Source of the DNA: Cyanophora paradoxa CCMP329
Taxonomy: Eukaryota > Plantae > Glaucophyta
Direction of reading: 5' to 3'
Assembly: GCA_004431415.1 (NCBI GenBank)
Contig: QPMI01000449.1
Coordinates: 128,245-192,244 of the forward strand
Length of the DNA stretch: 64,000 bases
The notes beneath the pieces were generated by a model, which searched no databases, was not told where the DNA came from, and saw only the letters and a program-made list of their open reading frames with translations. The translations under genes were made by a program, and so were the position numbers. Positions 50,042 to 60,856 of the stretch are shown in pieces; position 1 is the first letter of the stretch; each line of letters opens with the position of its first letter.

Positions 50042-53000
50042 TCAAATCCGCCGATGGAGCAGCGAGTAGCAGTCGCAGAACAGATCTTTCACCTCCAAGT
50101 AATCCGGCCCCACGCCAGCCCAGCGCTGCCTTGCTTGGCGCTCTGCAACATCTTCGAGAGTGTCTTCCTTGACCCACGTGATGCACTTGCGCTTGCGAGA
50201 GCCGGCGCCCTCCTGCCCTTCTCGGGTCCGTTTTTCCCCGGACCGGGCCCGTCTCACCCCCATGTACTTTTCGAGCAGGTACTGAATCACCCGCCACGAC
50301 TGCTGCGCAAGCTTGGCCTTCTCATTGTCCGATGCATCGAGTTTAGGGGCCCGCTCGTCCAGACTCTGCAGCACCGCGTAAGCCTCCCGGCCCTCCGGTG
50401 ATGCGAGCGCCGCGTAGGCTTCGTCCGACCAAAGCATACAGCTGTCGCCGGCCAGCTTCTCGTACCCCGGCCCAAAAAGTCGCTTGAAAAGCTCCGCAAC
50501 CTTCGAGACCCTGTGGTACTCAGTAGACGAGGCGATCTCGGCCATGTCGCCGCCGCGCTTCAGCACAAGGATGATCCGCGACATCAGCGGGATCGAGTAG
50601 AATGACTTCCACAGCCAGGCCACGTCGCTCTCGGTCAGCGCGCTTGCGTCCTTGGCCAGGAACGCAGCGGTCGCTAGGCGCGCGAGTGCAGCAACCTTCT
50701 CCACGTCGACCTTAGCAAGCGAATCGCGCGAATGCCACCAGGAGTCCAGCAGCATGTACAGTTCGGTGATGTCCAGGGCGGAGACTCGAGTACGTACTTG
50801 ATCTCGCGCTGCCGCTGCTCCTTCTCCTCTTTCGGCCCCTTGTTTCCCTGATCCTCCGTGACCCGCACGTTCATCACGGCGCAGGTCGACAGCAGCCGCA
50901 GCCGCGCGGCCACGGCGAGGCGCCGCGTCGGCATGCCGGCCCGCCGACTCCCGTGATGGCTCGCCTTCAAGTCCAGATAGCGCTGCGTGTCTGCAGTGCT
51001 AGCTCTCTCATCATCGCTCTCACGCCAGTGCGCGGTCGCCTCGCCCACGCTGACGGAGGGCGCGGACGCGCGGCTCTTGCGCACGGCGACGAGCAGGTGC
51101 TCTCCGCCGGGCGGCTCGCCGCGCCTGCGCAGCTTTCTCACTCGGAACAGCAGCTGCACGATGTCGTCGGCCTCTAGCTGCGCGGGTTCGGCCTGGAAAA
51201 CGCCGTAGATCTTGTCAAAGTGCGCTTCCGGAAAGTCCACGCCCGCCCCGAGCGCGGACGTCGCGATGAGCACGTCGCAGGCCTTGTACGCGCCCTCCTC
51301 CGAGACGTCGATCGACACTACGCGGACCGGGCCCTCGTTCGTGAAGCGCACGCTCTTCTCCTTCGCCTGCCCAACGATGAGCCCAATTGTGAACGGTGCG
51401 CCGCTGCCGTCCTCGGGCCCTGCCTCGAGCTGAGTCACGTACTGAGCGCCGCCCAGGCTGAGCTGCTCCAGCGCCTGCTTCGAAATCTTGTCTGCTAGCT
51501 CATTCGCCTTGGCCGGCGTCTCCGCGATGATCATGGCCCGCGAGCGCCCAGGTCGGCACTGCACCATGATGTCCTTCTCGACGTGCGCCGGGCTGTCTGA
51601 CACGCGCATCTTCCAGTCGCAGGTCCGGCGCGAGTTGTGCAGGAGCCCAAGGCGCGCCCCGCGCTCCAGCGCGGACTCCGCGAGGTACGCGAGATCGACC
51701 GGCCGGACGAAGCCGTCCATCGCCACGATGCGCGAGGCCTTCATCACGTTTCGCATTAGCTGCACGCAGCGCGCGTTTCGGGGCATTGACCGCACGCCCA
51801 TGTGCAGGCCGGCGGGTTCGAGGGTGCCGCTCGAAGTGAGGTGCTTCGTGAGGGAGGAGAGCTCGTCCAGCACGATCATCAGCGGCGCAGTCGACCAGCC
51901 CGCCCAGTCCTCAAGTACCTTGTGCAGCGAGTCGATCGTGATGACGACGCACCTGCACTTCGGATGGCGGTAGCCCCACTTGCCGTGCGTCCCATTTGAG
52001 CTCTCCGGCGGCTTCTGAATGTCCATGTACAGCACGGCGTCCTCAGGCAGGCCCACGTCATCCAGGCGGCGCTTCAGGTCGCGGGAGAAGGCGCGGCGGC
52101 AGGTCAAGAGGATCACGCGCCAGCCCCCTCGAGGGCTGGCTTCAGGTACGTCTCGATGAGGGCCTGCGTCTTCCCCGTGTTGAGGCCCGAGCAGATGACG
52201 TCGACCTGGGCGGCCCCCGGCTCCAGCGGACCGAACGTGGAGGTGAGCAGCCCTGGATCGCGCGTCAGGTAGTCCGTATCCACGACCTTCACGCAGTGCG
52301 GTGTCAGGCCCGTCGATTCGAGTGCGATCAGGAGCGACGGGAGGGCCACGTCGAGCGCCACGGGCTGGGACGGGTCCGTCACGTAAGACGCCGCCGTCTC
52401 GCTGCAGCTCCCGTCTCCAGCTCCCCCCTCCTGCTCCACCTCGACACCGTGCGCCCGAATCGCGATTCTGAGGGCCGGCGATCCTGGCTGATCGCTCATC
52501 TTCAGGGTGATTGTTCCGTCGGGCTCGACTGCAATGTCTTGAACGCGGCGGGGGTCATTCAGGCTGATCTCAGTGCGCAACGCCGCCCCCGCCCGCCAGA
52601 TCTCGTCCCTCACCAGCTTGTTCTCGCGCAGGAGGCTCAGGAACCGATCGAAGTCCGGGAGCGGAGCCTGGGCGTCGCCCGTCAAGCTCAGCGGGGGGTG
52701 GGGCGGCTCCTTGCGGGGGAGGAGCTCCTGGCGCCGCAGTCCCGAGCAAGCCCCCCGAGCTGCGGCGCCCTGCGGCCCCTGCGCCACCCCCTGCGCCGAT
52801 CCCTGCGTCGGCCCCTGCAGGACGTAGGCTCCTGTGTCGTCCCCCCCGAGCTCCAGGCCGCTAGATGTCCCCAGCAGCCAGGTCGCAAAGGCGCAGGCCT
52901 CCGGGCTCTGCAGGACGTAGGCAGCCTTGAGCCCGTTGTGCGATGTTCGAGAGAAAGTGAGGCCTCCGAAGCTCTCCGCGCATGCACGGGCGGCCGCGGT

Positions 53001-53212
53001 GCTCGTCTCGTCTTCCGCGTCGGAGAAGTGCTTGGACATGATGTGCGGCGGGTGAAAGATACAGAAGACCATTCCGAGATCAGCGCTGCAGACCTTCTGG
53101 ACGCAGACGAGGGGAAGCGAGTGAAGAAAAGCTCTTCTTGCGGGCTCAGGTCCACGGGAGTTACCCCCGGCAGACGGGAGAGTAGACTGTCGGAGCACGT
53201 CGAGGTGGCCAT
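50042..53212 (-). CDS. Replication origin-binding SF2 helicase (herpesvirus UL9-like), split by ~3 frameshifts
   Basis: Walker A SGLNTGKT, VILLTCRR, VITIDSLHKV, IVLDELSS, IVAMDG, DVLIATSALGAGVDFPEAHFD, VQLLFRVRKL follow the UL9/OBP motif order. ORFs 52113-53198, 50674-52116 and 50042-50755 abut. Confidence 0.88.
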
Positions 53213-53391
53213 GCTCTCGGGTTAGGCCTGCTGTTTCGTGTTAGGCTTGGAAAATTTTCAGTGGCACCGGCCGGAAACTGCACACCTTGAGAACTCGAAC
53301 TCGAACTCCAAGGCTCGGTGAATTGGCGCTAGCTGCACTGTCGACGTCGACTGTCGGACCGTCGACGTCGGACTTCGGATGTCTCGTCTTC

Positions 53392-53441
53392 TGTCCCAGG
53401 TCTTTGGAATCTTAATATAAATTTTCCAGGGACCCGGGACA
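53392..53441. repeat. Fifth copy of the 50-bp AT-core palindrome, upstream of the helicase
   Basis: Identical to 49606-49655. Confidence 0.92.
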
Positions 53442-53825
53442 CTCTGGTCTGACGACGCTGCAGCTCGAAGCGCTCAACTGGGTCCGGTTGACGGCACACA
53501 GGCTATCAGGGTGCCAGGCCTAGCCTAGTACGTAGGCTGACCGTCGGACCAGTACTGGCGGTTCAGTTGAAGCCGAGTACTACTAGCGCTAGCTATAGCG
53601 CCAGCGCTAGCTGTAGGCTAGTACTAGTACTAGATCGAGAGACGGTACGGCGCGCCACAGCTAGCGAGCTCGCGCTCGCTCGCCTTTGCGCTGAAGCTTA
53701 GAAAATTTTGGGCTCACGCGGTCGTTCCACGTGTTCTGTCCGGACAACCTGTACCCCAGCTGTCCAGCCAAGTAGTCAGAGCTCTCCAATCCTGCGGCGC
53801 TTGGGCCCCGTGCTTCTCAGAGCAC

Positions 53826-55497
53826 TTGATGGAGGCCAGCGTGTGCGTTCTGTGCTCTCGGGAGCCGCCGCTTCGTTCCCGCCGATGCAGAAGTGCGTCT
53901 CGGTCGGCGACCCCTCTCTCCGCGGAGCGGCTAGCTGGAGAGCTCTCCCGATGCCGCGCGCTTACACTGCGGTGCGCAGGCTCGGTTGCTGTGGCCGGCA
54001 ACCTTCGAGAGCTCGATGGCACCCAAGCTGAACCACCTCGCCGCATCGCGGAGGTGCTGGCTCCCTCTTTCGCAGCTCTTTCGCTTACACTTACACTTTC
54101 GCTAGACCGTGCCGCACAGCCTCGCGCTCATTTCCCCCACGTTCGCAGAACTTCGGCGTCGGCGCAGGTTCCGGGATCTGCGACCGCGCCTCCCGCAGCT
54201 CGAGCCGGCGTCTGCGGCGACCCGCGCATGCATCTAGATCCTATTCTGAAACCCGTGCGTCGATCCGGGGTCCCGGGCTCGCGTTCCTGCGCCTCCCGGA
54301 CCCTCACACTGCTCCTGTTTGCATCCTAGCTAAGACCTTCCTCGCCCGCAGCCGGTCTCGTCCTCGGCACATTGTGAGCGGCATCAGTGGAGCTGGAGTT
54401 CCGCACTTTATGCAGGCCCGTGCGCCCTTTCCCGCCCCGCCCCGCCCAGCCCCGCCCCGCCTCGCGTGCGCTATAGCTAGCTAACCCTGTCGCGCGCGCC
54501 GCAGAGGGTTCGTAGCCGGAGGGCTCGCAGGCCGCGGCCCGGACACCTCCGCCGCCGTCGGCGCCGACATCGAGAACGGCCGGCTGGACGAGACCCTCGC
54601 CGGCTTCGGCTCCTGGTGCCGCCCCTACTCCTACAAGCTCGGCGGCGTCTGGCAGACCTACATCCGCGGCATCGTCCCCAAGGCCCCGCTCTCCCTCGGC
54701 GAGAGCCAGCCGGCGCTGGAGGCGATCGCGATCCCCGTCGCCCAGTTCAAGGACCCGGCGCCCGACGTCGGGCCCTTCCTCGTCAAGCCCCACACCAAGG
54801 GCAAGGGCAAGCGCACCCGCAACTCGGCGCCGGCCTTCCTCCCGCCCCAGCCCCCCGCCACGGCCCCCCAGCAGCGCCCCGGCCAGCAGCGCATCGACGA
54901 GATGCTGCCGCGCCAGGTCCGGCCCCGCGTACCCCCCGCCTTCCCTGTACCTCCCTCCCCCTCGCCCCGTTCCTGATCCAAGGGCAGGGTACCTCCGCCT
55001 CCCCCGCGAGCGCCGACGGCCCCAGCCCCGTCCCCGGCCCCGGCGCCGTCCTCTCCGCGATCCAGGGCTTCGGGGCCCAGCAGGAGGCCGAGCGGCAGGC
55101 CCTGGCGGCGCGCCTGGCGCGCGAGGCGGAGGAGCGGCGCCAGGGCCGTCGGGCCCAGCGCCTCCAGCACACCCTCGCCTTCCGCGCCGAGCTGGAGGCG
55201 GGCTTCCGCGCCGGCCAGATCTCCGGCGCGGAGGCCTCGGAGCGCTGGCGGGCGTTCGAGGCGGAGACGGCGGGGCTGTCGAAGGGCCTCGGCTACAGCT
55301 ACCGGCGCGTGGCCGTCCCGCAGTCCTACGCGCGGCGGGCGACGCTGGAGGCCTCGCGCGCGGAGATCGACGCGGCGGAGGACGTGCGGCGGCGACGGAG
55401 GCCCACGCCGAGACCTTCCGCCACCTCCACCACTGAGGCCCGAGGCGGTATTTTTTCTCAACCCTCCTCAAATCGGTCCCGCGATGGCCTTCGCTGA
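53826..55497 (+). CDS. Spliced hypothetical protein inside the viral region; start uncertain
   Basis: Host-style introns at 54420-54504 and 54917-54987 join ...GFGSWCRPYSYKLGGVWQTYIRG...RIDEMLPRQ to GTSASP...QEAERQALAARLAREAEERR (coiled coil). Confidence 0.45.
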
Positions 55498-55675
55498 CAG
55501 CTACCCACAGCACTACACCCTTGGAGCCCTCGCCGCGACCCTCACCTGGCTCCTCGGCGGCACCCCCACCGCCTCGGCCGTCATAGGCGTGGGCTTCGGC
55601 TATGCCGCCAAGTCCCTCTACGCCCCCGGCTCCGTCTCGATGGCGACGGCCGGCATGCGCCCCGCGGGGCGCTAA
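55484..55675 (+). CDS. Small viral membrane protein
   Basis: 63 aa, two short hydrophobic Gly/Ala-rich stretches; TTTCTCAA upstream. Confidence 0.55.
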   Translation: MAFADSYPQHYTLGALAATLTWLLGGTPTASAVIGVGFGYAAKSLYAPGSVSMATAGMRPAGR

Positions 55676-55793
55676 GTTAACTCTCCCTTTTCAAAGTTTT
55701 CCCAAGTTCATTCCCCCCTTTCCCTTTTCCAAGTTGCTCAAGTCCGTCGACGTTCCCTTTTAAATTTTCTTCATTCACGTTACACGTCTAAAC

Positions 55794-56291
55794 ATGCCCA
55801 ACGCCGTAGAGAAGCTGTTGTGTACGGTGTTCAAATCGGACTCGCGCTGCAGCAAGATCGGCGAGGCTGCCAAGGGCGGGGGCGGGGCGAAGGCCGGCGG
55901 CGGGGCGGAGGGGCCTAAGATAAGGGGCGCGGACCCGGCGCCGCCGGCGCTAAAGTCGATTAAGGCTGCGGGCAAGGGCCGCGGCGTCGGGCCCCTGCCC
56001 CTCGTGGCGATCGCCCCGGGCCAGCGCGAGGCGGCGCACGCGGCGACGGCGGCGCTGGCCTCGCAGCAGCAGAGGGAGGGGGCGCCGCGCCTGAGCGCCG
56101 GCCTCTGGTCGCAGCCTGCGCCCGCGCGCGAGTACGGCGTCAGCGCTTACTTCGACGGCGCGAACGAGCTGAGCCGCCAGGAGATCTGGGCCTGGGAGGC
56201 GCGGCGCGCGGTCGACGGGCACCTGCCGTTGCTCGTGGCGCTCGGCGGCTCGCTCCTCATGGTCTGGTACCTGCGCGGCTTCGCGATTTAG
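55794..56291 (+). CDS. Viral hypothetical protein with C-terminal TM helix
   Basis: Intact ATG ORF ending HLPLLVALGGSLLMVWYLRGFAI. Confidence 0.65.
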   Translation: MPNAVEKLLCTVFKSDSRCSKIGEAAKGGGGAKAGGGAEGPKIRGADPAPPALKSIKAAGKGRGVGPLPLVAIAPGQREAAHAATAALASQQQREGAPRLSAGLWSQPAPAREYGVSAYFDGANELSRQEIWAWEARRAVDGHLPLLVALGGSLLMVWYLRGFAI

Positions 56292-56320
56292 ATAGATTTT
56301 CGAAGCGCTAGCTAGTAGAG

Positions 56321-56647
56321 ATGAGCTGGCTCGACGCGCTGCTCACCAAGACCTTTGGGCCCAAGGGCGCGCCGCGGCTGCAGTTCGGTGAGCTCAACGC
56401 CGCGATCGGCGCCACAGTCGAGATGAAGAACCGCGAGAACGTGCTGCGCGGCGACGGAGGCGCGTGGGCGGACATTGCGGCGGGCGCGCTGGGCTCCGCA
56501 CTCACCGCACCGGGCAAGGCGGGCCGCGCGCTCACGGACGTGGCCGAGCGCTTCTGGCACTGGCTCAAGGTTGCCGTGGTCATCGCCGCAGCGGTTGTGG
56601 CGGGTCTCCTGGTGCTCGAGGCTCGCGCGCTATTTTCTAAACGCTAG
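56321..56647 (+). CDS. Viral hypothetical protein with C-terminal TM helix
   Basis: Intact ATG ORF with WLKVAVVIAAAVVAGLLVL; 29 nt after the previous stop. Confidence 0.65.
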   Translation: MSWLDALLTKTFGPKGAPRLQFGELNAAIGATVEMKNRENVLRGDGGAWADIAAGALGSALTAPGKAGRALTDVAERFWHWLKVAVVIAAAVVAGLLVLEARALFSKR

Positions 56648-56663
56648 GTAAAGCGAGCGAACC

Positions 56664-57065
56664 ATGCCCCGCGGCGGCTCTTCCCCCGTGTCTCCTTCGC
56701 TGAGAACGAAGTCGCCGCTACCCCCTGGAGCCCGGCGTCAAGCTGGAGCGCGCGAACGCAGTCTCCGTCAAGAAGGCCAAGCGCGCGCTGGTTCTAGAAG
56801 TCCCCAAGACCGCCTCGCAGTTCCTTCCCACGTCCGAGTACGACGGCACGGAAGATACGGAGAAGGTTGCATTCAACAAGCGCAAGACGTACAAGGCGAT
56901 ACGCGAGGGCCAGCTGCTGCCCACGGACGCGGTTCCCGGGCTGCCGGCACCACGGCCGGCGAGCTGCTCGTGCGCAACCTGCGCCTGCAGTACGTCTCCC
57001 GCCTCCGCCGCTCCAAGGCCAAGAAGGCGCGCCTGGACTCGGGCGATAGCAGCTCTAGCTCGTAG
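56664..57065 (+). CDS. Viral basic hypothetical protein (frameshifted)
   Basis: Best codon-biased frame reads EPGVKLERANAVSVKKAKRALVLEVP...KTYKAIREGQLLP, then shifts to GELLVRNLRLQYVSRLRRSKAKK. Confidence 0.45.
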   Translation: MPRGGSSPVSPSLRTKSPLPPGARRQAGARERSLRQEGQARAGSRSPQDRLAVPSHVRVRRHGRYGEGCIQQAQDVQGDTRGPAAAHGRGSRAAGTTAGELLVRNLRLQYVSRLRRSKAKKARLDSGDSSSSS

Positions 57066-57097
57066 GGCTCTGTACTCAATACTACCAGTTCCTGTTC

Positions 57098-57364
57098 CTA
57101 TCCCAGAGCACGACTCGGGTAAAGGGCACGGTCATAGCGAACATGAACTCGGCAAACTTGGAGAAGTTCATGAGGGTCCCTAGGCGCGGGTCCTCCAGTA
57201 GATAGCTTCGCGCAGGGACTCGTAGATGCGCATGAGGGAGCGCTCGTTCTCGGTCGCGAAGGCGTCGGAGGGCTCGTCGGGATCCGGATCCGAGAGCTCC
57301 GAGTACTCGTCCGAGCTGCCAGCGCTCTCGACGCCTGCGGCCGGGTCGGGCGAGGGTCAGCCAT
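57098..57364 (-). CDS. Small acidic NCLDV-type hypothetical protein (frameshifted)
   Basis: Reconstructed SSDEYSELSDPDPDEPSDAFATENERSLMRIYESLREAIY...TLMNFSKFAEFMFAMT. Pattern resembles a small protein of algal NCLDVs from memory; unverified. Confidence 0.45.
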   Translation of the reverse strand: MADPRPTRPQASRALAARTSTRSSRIRIPTSPPTPSRPRTSAPSCASTSPCAKLSTGGPAPRDPHELLQVCRVHVRYDRALYPSRALG

Positions 57365-57390
57365 TCTTTGCTGGTAGAAGGGCTAGAAAA

Positions 57391-57731
57391 TCACGGGCGC
57401 CGGTACTCCATCGAGTCGCCGCGCCAGTACTTGTTGCCGGAGGCGAGCAGCTTCATCGGCTCGCCCGTCGAGTCGTGCGTCCAGGCCTCGCCCGTCCAGA
57501 CGGCCGTGCCGCCGTCCTCTAGCTTGAGGCGGTGGCCCGCCTCGAGCCGATCGCCGTTGAGCATGCGGCCGGCCATGAGCGCCAGGTCCCACTCGGTGAG
57601 GCCGCGCTGCTCTTCGGGGTGAGGCCGCGCTCGACGCGCTCGGGCTGGCGCGCCTCGCGCTCCATGCGGCTGAGGCCCACCAGGAAGAAGATCGGCAGCG
57701 CAAAGGCCATGAGATCTAGCAGGGCCTCCAT
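57391..57731 (-). CDS. Viral hypothetical protein with N-terminal hydrophobic segment (one frameshift)
   Basis: MEALLDLMAFALPIFFLVGL... joins EEQRGLTEWDLALMAGR...KYWRGDSMEYRRP*. Confidence 0.5.
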
Positions 57732-58094
57732 TGGGCAAGACTTAGAAAAGGTTCCGGCCAGGCCCGAGAGCTGCGGGCCCAGGCGCCGGGCGGCGTAGTA
57801 GAGCGCGGCGGCCGCGGCGGCCAGGATCAGAAGGCGCGGCGGCCGCGCGCGGCTCCTCCAGGGTCAAGTCCACGGTCTCTGGCTCGCGGGCCGGCGTCGC
57901 CAGGATCTCGGGCTCGGAGCTAAGGGACTTGGGCCCGCGGCGGCGGCGCTGCTTGGGGCGGAGGCGGCGGCGGCGGCGGAGAGAAGGTCCTCGGGCTCCT
58001 GCTTGATACCTGCGCAGTCAGTAAAGTCCATGCTTGCTGGGTACCTCGGAAAATTGTGGGAGGTGCCCGGCGGCTGCGAACGTAGGATGGGGGA

Positions 58095-59521
58095 GAAGTG
58101 ACGCGGACGCGAATACGTCATAGTCGAATACGTCATAGTCCAAAACCTGGACTCGGGACTCGGCCCGGGCCCTGGGAGGGGGTACATGTTATGTCCAAAT
58201 GTCCAAATGTCCAAATGTCCAAATGTCCAATTGAAAGGTTGCGGAGGTTGCGGACGCGTCACAAATACGTCATAGTCGAATACGTCATAGTCCAAAACCT
58301 GGACTTGGGACCTGGGCCCAGACTCTCGCCAAGTTTCAAATAATAATACTGTACCCTGTTATCTGCAAGCTTATCTTATCGTTATCGTGTCACCTATCCT
58401 ATCCCGATCCTATCGCTATCCTTTCGCGATCGCTTGACTACACTATTGCATTCATTGCTTTTGAATGTAGTTAATGTCATAGCAACTTGAACATGATGTC
58501 ATGATGATTTCAAGTTAAATACCGGGGTACGGTGTTTTTGTTCAAGTCTCTTTTTTTACCGGCAGGGCCCGGCCGAGTCCCGAGTCCAGGTTTTGGACTA
58601 TGACGTATTCGACTATGACGTATTTGTGACGCGTCCGCAACCTCCGCAACCTTTCAGTTAATTAATTAAGCACTGGGCTAGCGCTAGGCTAGCTAGATAT
58701 CGATACCAGCTAGCTAGCTCAGCTCTACCCTGCCCAAGTTGATGTATCTAGCAGCGCCTGCTCCTCTAAGTCTGCACCGCCTCCTCCTAGCGCTAGCGCT
58801 AGCTCGATACCGCCTCCAGACTTGATCTCCCTTGGCTTCAGCCACCGAAGGGGCTCAGGCCACCTCCTCCTGGTGAAGCCGGTATCGTTGCGCTTGTCCA
58901 GCTTGAGGTAGCGGTAGGGCGCCGGCGCCGGCCAGTCGGCCTGTGGCTGCTGGCCTCCTTGGCTATGTCCTTGGCCTACGCGGAAGCAGGTCGGCCTTGG
59001 CCTTGGCCTTCTGCAGAGGGCCCAGCGCCTTGAACTTCGGTGCCTTCGTCGCCGGCAGGGCCTTCGGCTGAGGCTTCGGTGCCTTCTGCGCCTTCGTCTT
59101 CGGCTGCGGCTGCGGCTTTAGCTGCTTCGATTTCGGCATACTTCTTGCTCATAAATGAGAAAAGCGCTCGAAGTCGGCTTTTATCTCCTCCTTGGTCCAG
59201 GATGTCATCTGAGTCGGGTCACCTGAGAACGGCGCATCGAACGCCACGTGGAGCGATTTGCAGGCCTGAGCTATCATTGGCTCCGGCCAGGCCAGCTCGA
59301 TCAGCTGAAGGTAGATACTGAGGGCCTTGTCGAGCTTGCGCCCTGGAGACTAGCTGGGAGATGGCGGGCTCCATGGTACTGGATTAAGCAGCTAGCCGGG
59401 GTTCAGAAATGGCGCCAAGTCCGAGCTTATTTTTTTACCGGCGGGGCCTGGGCCGAGTCCCGAGTCCAGGTTTTGGACTATGACGTATTCGACTATGACG
59501 TATTCGCGTCCGCGTCACTTC
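58095..59521. repeat. Nested inverted repeats, each carrying two tandem 15-bp iterons (GAATACGTCATAGTC)
   Basis: A 58095-58172 is the inverse of D 59444-59521. B 58232-58319 is the inverse of C 58565-58656. AT-rich spacer between B and C; (ATGTCCAA)n between A and B. Confidence 0.92.
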
Positions 59522-59625
59522 CCCCCCTCTTCAGGTGAGCGCTCACCTGACCCTCACCTGAACGGCCTCAAAACCGCAGCCGCGCCGCGCCCTCGCTCAC
59601 ACTTCACAGCCAAGAGAAATCAAGA

Positions 59626-59914
59626 ATGTGCGCCCCAAGTACGAGACTGCTGCCTGACCTTCGGCATCTTCGAGTACGAGGCCATGGACGAGGATCTCGA
59701 CGAGAACGGCGAGATCTGCTTCAACTACTGCAGGCTGCTGCGCAACATCTCGCTGGAGTGCCGCAAGGGCGACTGCTTCCAGCACATCATGCTCAATCCC
59801 GCCAAGAACGAGATCACCCTGTACGCCGTCGCCAGCCCCAGCGCCAGATTTAGACTCTCGAATATTCGCGTAGCCGTGATTGAGGCTCTCCCCCTCCCCA
59901 GTGAGACGAATTGA
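59626..59914 (+). CDS. Viral hypothetical protein (start frameshifted)
   Basis: Codon-biased frame FGIFEYEAMDEDLDENGEICFNYCRLLRNI...KNEITLY. Confidence 0.5.
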
Positions 59915-60027
59915 ACACGTGTTTTACCTGAATCACCTGAGCGCTCACCGAGGTCAGCCTGAAGTCAGGTGGGGCGGCCTTAAATATTTTCTAGCGCTAG
60001 GCTGATCGCACACTAAGCTCAGACAAC

Positions 60028-60815
60028 ATGGCACCGTCCGCAACGCCACCGAGATCGACCCCGCCAAGCTCGCCTTCGAAATCGATGCCAACGGCCGCAT
60101 CAAGGCCAAGTACGACGGCCTGCAGGCCTCATGATGTACGCGCCGCCCATGGTCACGATCAACCCGTGCATCAACACCGAGCAAGGCAAGGCGTGGAGCG
60201 ACGAGAAGAAGGCCTTCGTCATGGAAGAAAACGGCGGATTTTACACGCTGGACCTCACCGATCTCAGCGCCGTCGACGGCCAGACGAACCCAGCCGCGGA
60301 CGAGTTCCTCAAGCTGCTGGAGGCCCTGGACGCGAAATTCTGCGAGTTCGTGCAGCAGAACCAGGCCAAGCTCAAGTCTCGCCCGGGCGCGCCCTCTCCA
60401 AGGATCAGATCTCGGTGCTGCAGACGCCCAGCGTGCGCATCAAGGTCGACAAGGAGTCGGGCCAGGCCTTCTACAAGTACCTCAACATGCGCATCCGCAC
60501 GCAGACGATGGCGGGCAAGCGCAAGACGATCCCAGTCGTCGACATGTCCAACTACCTCATCACCGAGCGCGCCACATCGGCACCGGAGACCTGGTGGCGC
60601 CCTCGTTAAAATCGACACCGCCTACGCCATCCCCGAGGCAAGTTCGGCCTCAAGTGGTCCTTCCTCGCCGTGCAGCAGTGCAAGGTCGCGCCTTTCGCTT
60701 CGCCGGCCGCACGCCCGAGCTGGCCTTCAAGCCCTACGACAACGAGGCCGATTTCGAGCCCTACCTAAACCCCGAGTCTATGTACACCACCCCATGCAGT
60801 AGTTTAGACGAATAA
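60028..60815 (+). CDS. Viral single-stranded DNA-binding protein (NCLDV / T7 gp2.5-like OB fold), multiple frameshifts
   Basis: Reconstructed EIDPAKLAF...FYTLDL...DEFLKLLEALDAKFCEFVQQNQ...YLNMRI...GDLVA-ALVKIDTAY..GKFGLKWSFLAVQ with an acidic tail. Confidence 0.65.
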
Positions 60816-60856
60816 ATTGTAAATTCTCTGGTGCAATTGATTACAAGCGTTTACAA

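Noticed and set aside
52200-53212. AEP primase domain N-terminal to the helicase
   Set aside because: I could not find convincing primase catalytic motifs; needs a profile search.
54326-55513. 395-aa and 267-aa minus-strand ORFs
   Set aside because: Antisense shadows of the GC-rich plus-strand gene, as are most Arg/Pro/Gly-rich ORFs in the track.
58095-59521. CRISPR-like array
   Set aside because: Repeats are inverted and unevenly spaced, lack unique equal-length spacers, and no cas genes are present.
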